A stretch of 63,761 nt of DNA, filler included, from Vannella sp. (taxonomy: Eukaryota): assembly GCA_023345925.1 (NCBI GenBank). It is 6 parts of 6 records of this genome, joined end to end, with 100 filler letters (N's around TTAATTAATTAA, not from the genome) between each part and the next. Parts side by side here need not be neighbours in the genome. Positions count along the whole stretch, not along the records: positions 60,078 to 63,761 come from JAJQQN010000700.1; 5 more parts are not named here. The stretch is one strand, 5' to 3'. Shown one piece after another: positions 63,313-63,761 of this stretch. How positions within the stretch are numbered: the stretch's first letter is position 1; each line of letters begins with the position of its first letter. Both the position numbers and the translations under genes were made by a program. The notes beneath the pieces are model-generated. The model worked only from the letters and a program-made list of their open reading frames with translations. It was not told the DNA's origin and searched no databases.

Positions 63313-63761
63313 CGAACCAAATAAAATGGCGAAAAATTATTCCTTCTCACAAACATTATGCAGAGAGGCGCAATTTACCGACTTGAAACCGAACCGGAAA
63401 GTTCAGAAGAAAATTCGCCTCTTAGTTATTGGCTGCTTGCTTTGAAGCAATGATCCTGCAGCTCTCGAAGTCTCAGAGGGTGTCACTCGCTTCGTATGAA
63501 GTGTACGGAAGAAGCGGACATGTCTCCAACTTGCCTTGGCTTGTGGCGAGGAAATGCGAGAGGAACAAGGCACTTGAGGAGGGTCATTGGGAAGCTCTAT
63601 TGCTGCCAGACCTCCCATGTGCCGTCGTAGCCCGAGTAGATGATCATGGACGACCGAGGCGGACGCAAAGATGGGTTGAACGTGCCCCTGAAATGTTGAA
63701 AAAACAAGCGCGCTTCATTCTTAGGGTTACAAGGGGAGACACAAGCACAGACAACCAATCC

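Noticed and set aside
1..63761. Alternative genetic code, CRISPR array, transposase or viral insert
   Set aside because: TAA, TAG and TGA all end genes, and in-frame stops are explained by introns. No repeat-spacer array or mobile-element protein was recognised.
63400..63761. Possible 3' end of a minus-strand gene (..IIYSGYDGTWEVWQQ*)
   Set aside because: Too short and truncated to support a call.

Overview
This window is eukaryotic, not prokaryotic. It consists of six contig pieces (1-24038, 24139-36559, 36660-44557, 44658-54790, 54891-59977, 60078-63761) joined by artificial 100-nt N/TTAATTAATTAA linkers. The DNA is extremely gene-dense, with short (mostly ~40-60 nt) GT-AG introns and a standard genetic code. 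A Roco kinase with myotubularin and RhoGAP domains and a Clu-domain protein suggest an amoebozoan-like protist; this is inference. Recognisable genes are midasin, a Rab32/38-type GTPase, Pol III subunit RPC7, PCNA, a Cdc24-OB-fold protein, MED7, an amino-acid transporter, SEY1, a double-CH protein, tRNA-Glu, a Clu-domain protein, the Roco kinase, an elongase, UBLCP1, XRCC4, a TRANK1-like helicase, MSH2, a 2OG oxygenase, TRABD, a kinesin-14-like protein, an ArfGAP, an acid phosphatase, a PPR protein, an MFS transporter and GGH. The most notable observations are: (1) the kinesin-14 has lost every nucleotide-binding motif, and an exact 36-nt copy of its coding sequence sits just upstream; (2) the Roco kinase carries two apparent pseudo-enzyme domains and a C-terminal ADF-H-like domain; (3) 3' splice sites seem set by distance from the branch point, with frequent AAG acceptors; (4) an E2F-type motif recurs upstream of PCNA/Cdc24-OB, XRCC4 and the kinesin; (5) a tail-anchored PP1-docking protein has a hairpin and uORFs in its leader; (6) two intergenic regions may hold structured RNAs. 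Exon boundaries were derived by eye and family calls come from remembered motifs, not searches.
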